DNA of 60,696 nt from contig JAPEUG010000065.1 of assembly GCA_026025795.1 (NCBI GenBank), forward strand, positions 1 to 60,696. The letters are read 5' to 3'. A program made the translations under genes and the position numbers. Positions 57,101-60,696 of this stretch are shown piece after piece (the stretch's first letter is position 1; the number at the start of each line of letters is the position of its first letter). Below the pieces are notes generated by a model, which saw only the letters and a list, made by a program, of their open reading frames with translations, ran no database searches and was not told the origin of the DNA. This DNA comes from Thelocarpon superellum (Eukaryota).

Positions 57101-58275
57101 TTACATGAAGGACTTGGGTCCGTCGGACACCGCCTGGATGCGAAAGCCATGCCGTGGCGCGTGCGCCCGGACAACCTGGCCCGCCACCGTGGTCTGGCAC
57201 TCAATGACCACTTGGTGCAAGGAAAGACCCACTAGACGGCCCCGATCATGGTGATTGGAGCCCGTGTCGGTGGGCCAGATTTCGACCTCCTGGCCAAGCT
57301 TCAATCCAGTCGGATCCGCCTCATCGATCGTGACATGGGGCTCGGCGAAGTCGGCGGCCAGGATCTGTTTCAGCGCCTCGGCACCGTCGATCTTGGGCGC
57401 CTTCCCGTGGGCAGTCGTGGCCAATGATACCGCGGCGGCGAAGTGGTCAATCCAGGCAAACGTGTTGGGGTATTGTTGCTTCGAGATCAGCGACGGTGGG
57501 AGCGCGGTCTTCATGTCGTGGAGCCACCAGAAGCACCAGATTCCTGTCGTACCTTCAGCGCATAGTCTCCGTCGACACGAGTGCTGCCTCCTACCGTGAA
57601 TGTCAGCGAGCGTCAGCTGATCCGAGCTCAAGATCCAGGTACGTCCGTCGGCGAAAAAGGTGGTCTCTAGCAAGTCGAATGCCTCCCGAATGTCGGCCGT
57701 GGCCTCCGGCCGCACCTGGATCACTTCCTGAAGCGTCGTCCGTTTGCCAGAATAGTCAGCGCGATCTTTTCCAAACTCCGGTTCTCGCAGGATTGGCGTG
57801 TCCAGTGGAATCAATTGGCCAGCGCGCGTAAAGATGCCGCCGTCAATCAGCCACTTTTCTAAGAGCTTCTCCGTGCCCCTCTGTTCCGGGACGGACGCGC
57901 CCAAGCGGCCGTTGGGTAACAATTCCTCGAGTTTGTCCAGGATCAAGCGTGTGTCAAAAAAGATGTCGCGACCGATGCTGAGGATCGGAATGCGGCGATA
58001 GGCCAGGCCCAGGGCACTGATATCATGTCGAGGGAGCCATTCAGGTTGAGGCTATGTCCATTAGCAAATCCGCCCTACCTCACCTGGGCCAAATTCGATG
58101 TCCTCACGCAGATGGAAAACTTGATCCCTCGTAAAGTAAGATACCTGCGGGCCACGATCGTCAGCAGCAATTCTCAGTAGTTGAGCGAGACGCTGTGGCC
58201 ACCTCACCAGAGGATCCGTTTGCCGTAGGGCGAGAAGCTGTAATTGAACAACACGATACTATGATTAGGAGCCAT
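57101..58275 (-). CDS. Glutathione S-transferase-like protein (fungal GST N-terminal thioredoxin fold), 3 introns
   Basis: MAPNHSIVLFNYSFSPYGKRILWYLTLRGI...LPR...LGLAYRRIPILSIGRDIFFDTRLIL; TLADIH; C-terminal PTDTG...G.LVGL...HAPRHGFRI. Confidence 0.9.
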
Positions 58276-58753
58276 TTATGTTCGACGATGCCGAAAGGGT
58301 TTTTTAATGATTCGATATCAGGGAGAATTTGCAACACGCAGTCGAGGATCGTTCTGGAGCTGAGTAAAAGATGCGTGTCATGAGCTGCTGAAACCACCGG
58401 TCTTTGTATCCGCCTTCAGGGTTGATCGAGCTTATGCGGCCCCGCACCTCGTTGCCGAGGCCGGCCACTCGCTCCTCTCCACACGAAAAGGTCCGCCTTG
58501 CTCCCGTCACCGAAAATGAAGGATTTTGGAATTCTTGTAGCTACGAGAAGCAGCCCAGCAATCAACCATTTGCAGCCTCCACCATCTTACAGGCGGAGGC
58601 CTCGCGTCCGTCATTACTCGCATGCGTGCAAGCTCCACGCACGACGAAGGGTCCATAATCAATGGATGGAATTGTGCCCGGGTTCATGGAGCGAGACGAT
58701 CATCCCGTCGGATCGTGATCCATAGCCATTGCTTCATCTCCTCTCCTGTAATG

Positions 58754-59842
58754 TTAGATCTTCGAGCCACTGGGCCCAAGCTCAACCACCTGATCCACGT
58801 CGTCGTACTCGGGGACCTCGAGGTCGTACTTGCGCGCAATCTGAGGACTTACGAACCTGGACCATGCATGTCGTGAGCACGCACGGCTAGCGCTCAGGCT
58901 ACGCGGATGGATGGATGGACGGGTGGGAGCGGAGAGACCTACCGTCCTCCGAGAAAATGCCGGCCCTTGAAATGTCGGACGAGCGGCTTGGGAGCCGTCA
59001 GGCTTACCAAGGCCGAAGGCTCGAACCCTTCCCCGGGTCCCGAGCTGGGCGGTCCATCTTCAATGTCCCAGGACGAAGGAGCGTCGACCGATGTCACGGG
59101 CACGGAAGTGTTCTTCAACGCTTGAATCACGGACGGAAACGGCTCACGGACCTCGCCTGAGAAGCTGAACCCTGGCAAATCCTCAGTAACCGCGTTCCGC
59201 TGGCGGCTCTCAGTCATTCGCCACTCGCCACTCGCGCCGTACACGGCTTACCAAAGATTGCATCAACGACATGGTGAGACTCCTTCAGGGCCGAGGGGAA
59301 ATCATCGGTGAAAGGAATCTCCAGATTCTTCAACTGCGTCGAGAGTCGCTGGTGACGGTCAGGACATTGGCATGGCAGTCAATGGGACGTGCGTCTCCTA
59401 CCTGATACAGCTCGTTCTTACCCTGCTTAGGATAGTAAATGGTTGGTTGATAGCCATAGTGCCACAAATGGCGTGCGGCGACAAGCCCGTCTCCTCCTGC
59501 GTATCATTCAGGATCTAATGCAGCGTCTAGCATGGATCTCAGTACAGACCATTGTTGCCAGGCCCGCATGCCACCAAAATCTTCCGGCCCCGATGGAGCG
59601 GGTGAAGTCTGTAGACTGGGAAATCAGTCGCTTGTCCCCGTTACCTGCCGTCCTCCGGACGCGCTCAATACGAACCGGCTTGAGATACCGACAGTCCAGC
59701 AAGCTCCATCAATTGGTCGATGGAGAAGGCCCCGATGCTCATGAGGTCTTTATCAAGAGCAGCTGCACTCTTGGCAGATAGGGTCTTTACAGAAGGTCAG
59801 CGCCTGACCAAATCGAGGCTTGCTGAGCATCAAGACCTTCAT
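58754..59842 (-). CDS. NNR1: NAD(P)H-hydrate epimerase (YjeF_N; Nnr1/NAXE), 6 introns
   Basis: Largely missed by the ORF track. Spliced product: [62 protein letters not shown]...VDAIFG|FSF...SVDAPSSW...VSLTAPK...HFLGGR|FVSP. Confidence 0.93.
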
Positions 59843-60244
59843 GGCTGCGGTGCTTCTCGTGGCGTTATAGAAATGGCCCACGTTCAACTTGGAGCTTGTG
59901 AAGGCAATTGAAAGTAAACCGAGGGATAGTGGAGGTTTTACGCAGGATCATTAGAGAGGTTGCGAAAGGTCTCTAAGGAAGAACGACGGTCTTGTACCCC
60001 ATCCAACGCATGATTCGGTTATGACGTGGCGTTGCATACATGCTTCTCGGATTCCCCTAGTCGCCTGAAGCCTGGCGAGGTCCCAAACGTACTTCAAGTT
60101 GTAACAGAACGGCCCGGAGCTGGTGATTGGACGGAACCAGCGCCGACAGTTACCCGTACCTCGCTCTAGACTTCTCATCCACTCAACGCCACACATCTCC
60201 CCTTCACTTGATCAAGTGGTGATGTACCCTCCATCGCTGTCGAA

Positions 60245-60696
60245 ATGGTTGTGAAGATCCGACTGGCGCGCTTTGGAAAGCGCAACGCGCCATTCTACAA
60301 CATCGTCGTGGCCCACGCCCGGTGGGTGCCTGCGGATCCTAGTGTCTCCGTCTCAACCTCCACGTACTAACAATTCGAGCTGCAGCACGGCACGCAACAG
60401 CAAGCCCATCGAAGTCCTAGGTACGGCGCAACGCATAGTCCCCTCCGCCGCTCGCATGGCAAACCCCTCAGATACTGACACATAGCCATCGACAGGGACC
60501 TACGATCCCATTCCACAACTGCCGCGAGATGGCGACGGCGCGCGCTTCAAGGACATCCGCCTGGACACAGTCCGCGCAAAGTACTGGCTCGGCGTGGGAG
60601 CACAGCCGTCGGATCCTGCGTGGAGGCTACTCTCGATGGTGAGCCATTGCTGGTCGCAATCATGCCTAGTGCAGGCAATTCTCAGGAAGAGAGACA
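60245..60696 (+). CDS. MRPS16: Mitochondrial ribosomal protein bS16m, 5' part (runs off the window inside an intron)
   Basis: MVVKIRLARFGKRNAPFYNIVVAHAR|TARNSKPIEVLG|TYDPIP...RAKYWLGVGAQPSDPAWRLLSM. Confidence 0.93.

Noticed and set aside
1..60696. tRNA, rRNA, CRISPR arrays or a secondary-metabolite cluster
   Set aside because: No cloverleaf with A/B boxes, rRNA sequence, spaced repeats or PKS/NRPS/terpene core gene seen by eye; a tRNAscan/Infernal run would be needed to exclude small RNAs fully.

Overview
Gene-dense, GC-rich genomic DNA of a filamentous ascomycete (Pezizomycotina-type short introns with GT...CTRAC/CTGAT...YAG signals). I reconstructed exon structures by hand. Conserved genes in order: BEACH/WD40 protein (BPH1-like), vacuolar protease B (PRB1), EMC1, RNA 3'-phosphate cyclase, PET191, TGL1-like lipase, septin CDC11, HSV2, IST3, dynein light intermediate chain, PtpB-like phosphatase, PQ-loop protein, mitoribosomal mS45, spermidine-synthase-like methyltransferase, CCDC97-like protein, GST-like protein, NAD(P)HX epimerase and partial MRPS16. 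An accessory block of about 13.5 kb between EMC1 and the cyclase holds two pseudogenes, an orphan gene, a galactose oxidase and a small secreted protein. The most striking observation is in the PQ-loop gene, whose conserved N-terminus can only be assembled from a chain of microexons that includes a single-nucleotide exon at 46830. Also notable: a double-guide box C/D snoRNA in the mS45 intron, a GC-AG intron in the BEACH gene, and a galactose oxidase with an altered substrate pocket. I found no tRNA, rRNA, CRISPR array or intact transposon. All family assignments come from motif recognition by eye, not from database searches.
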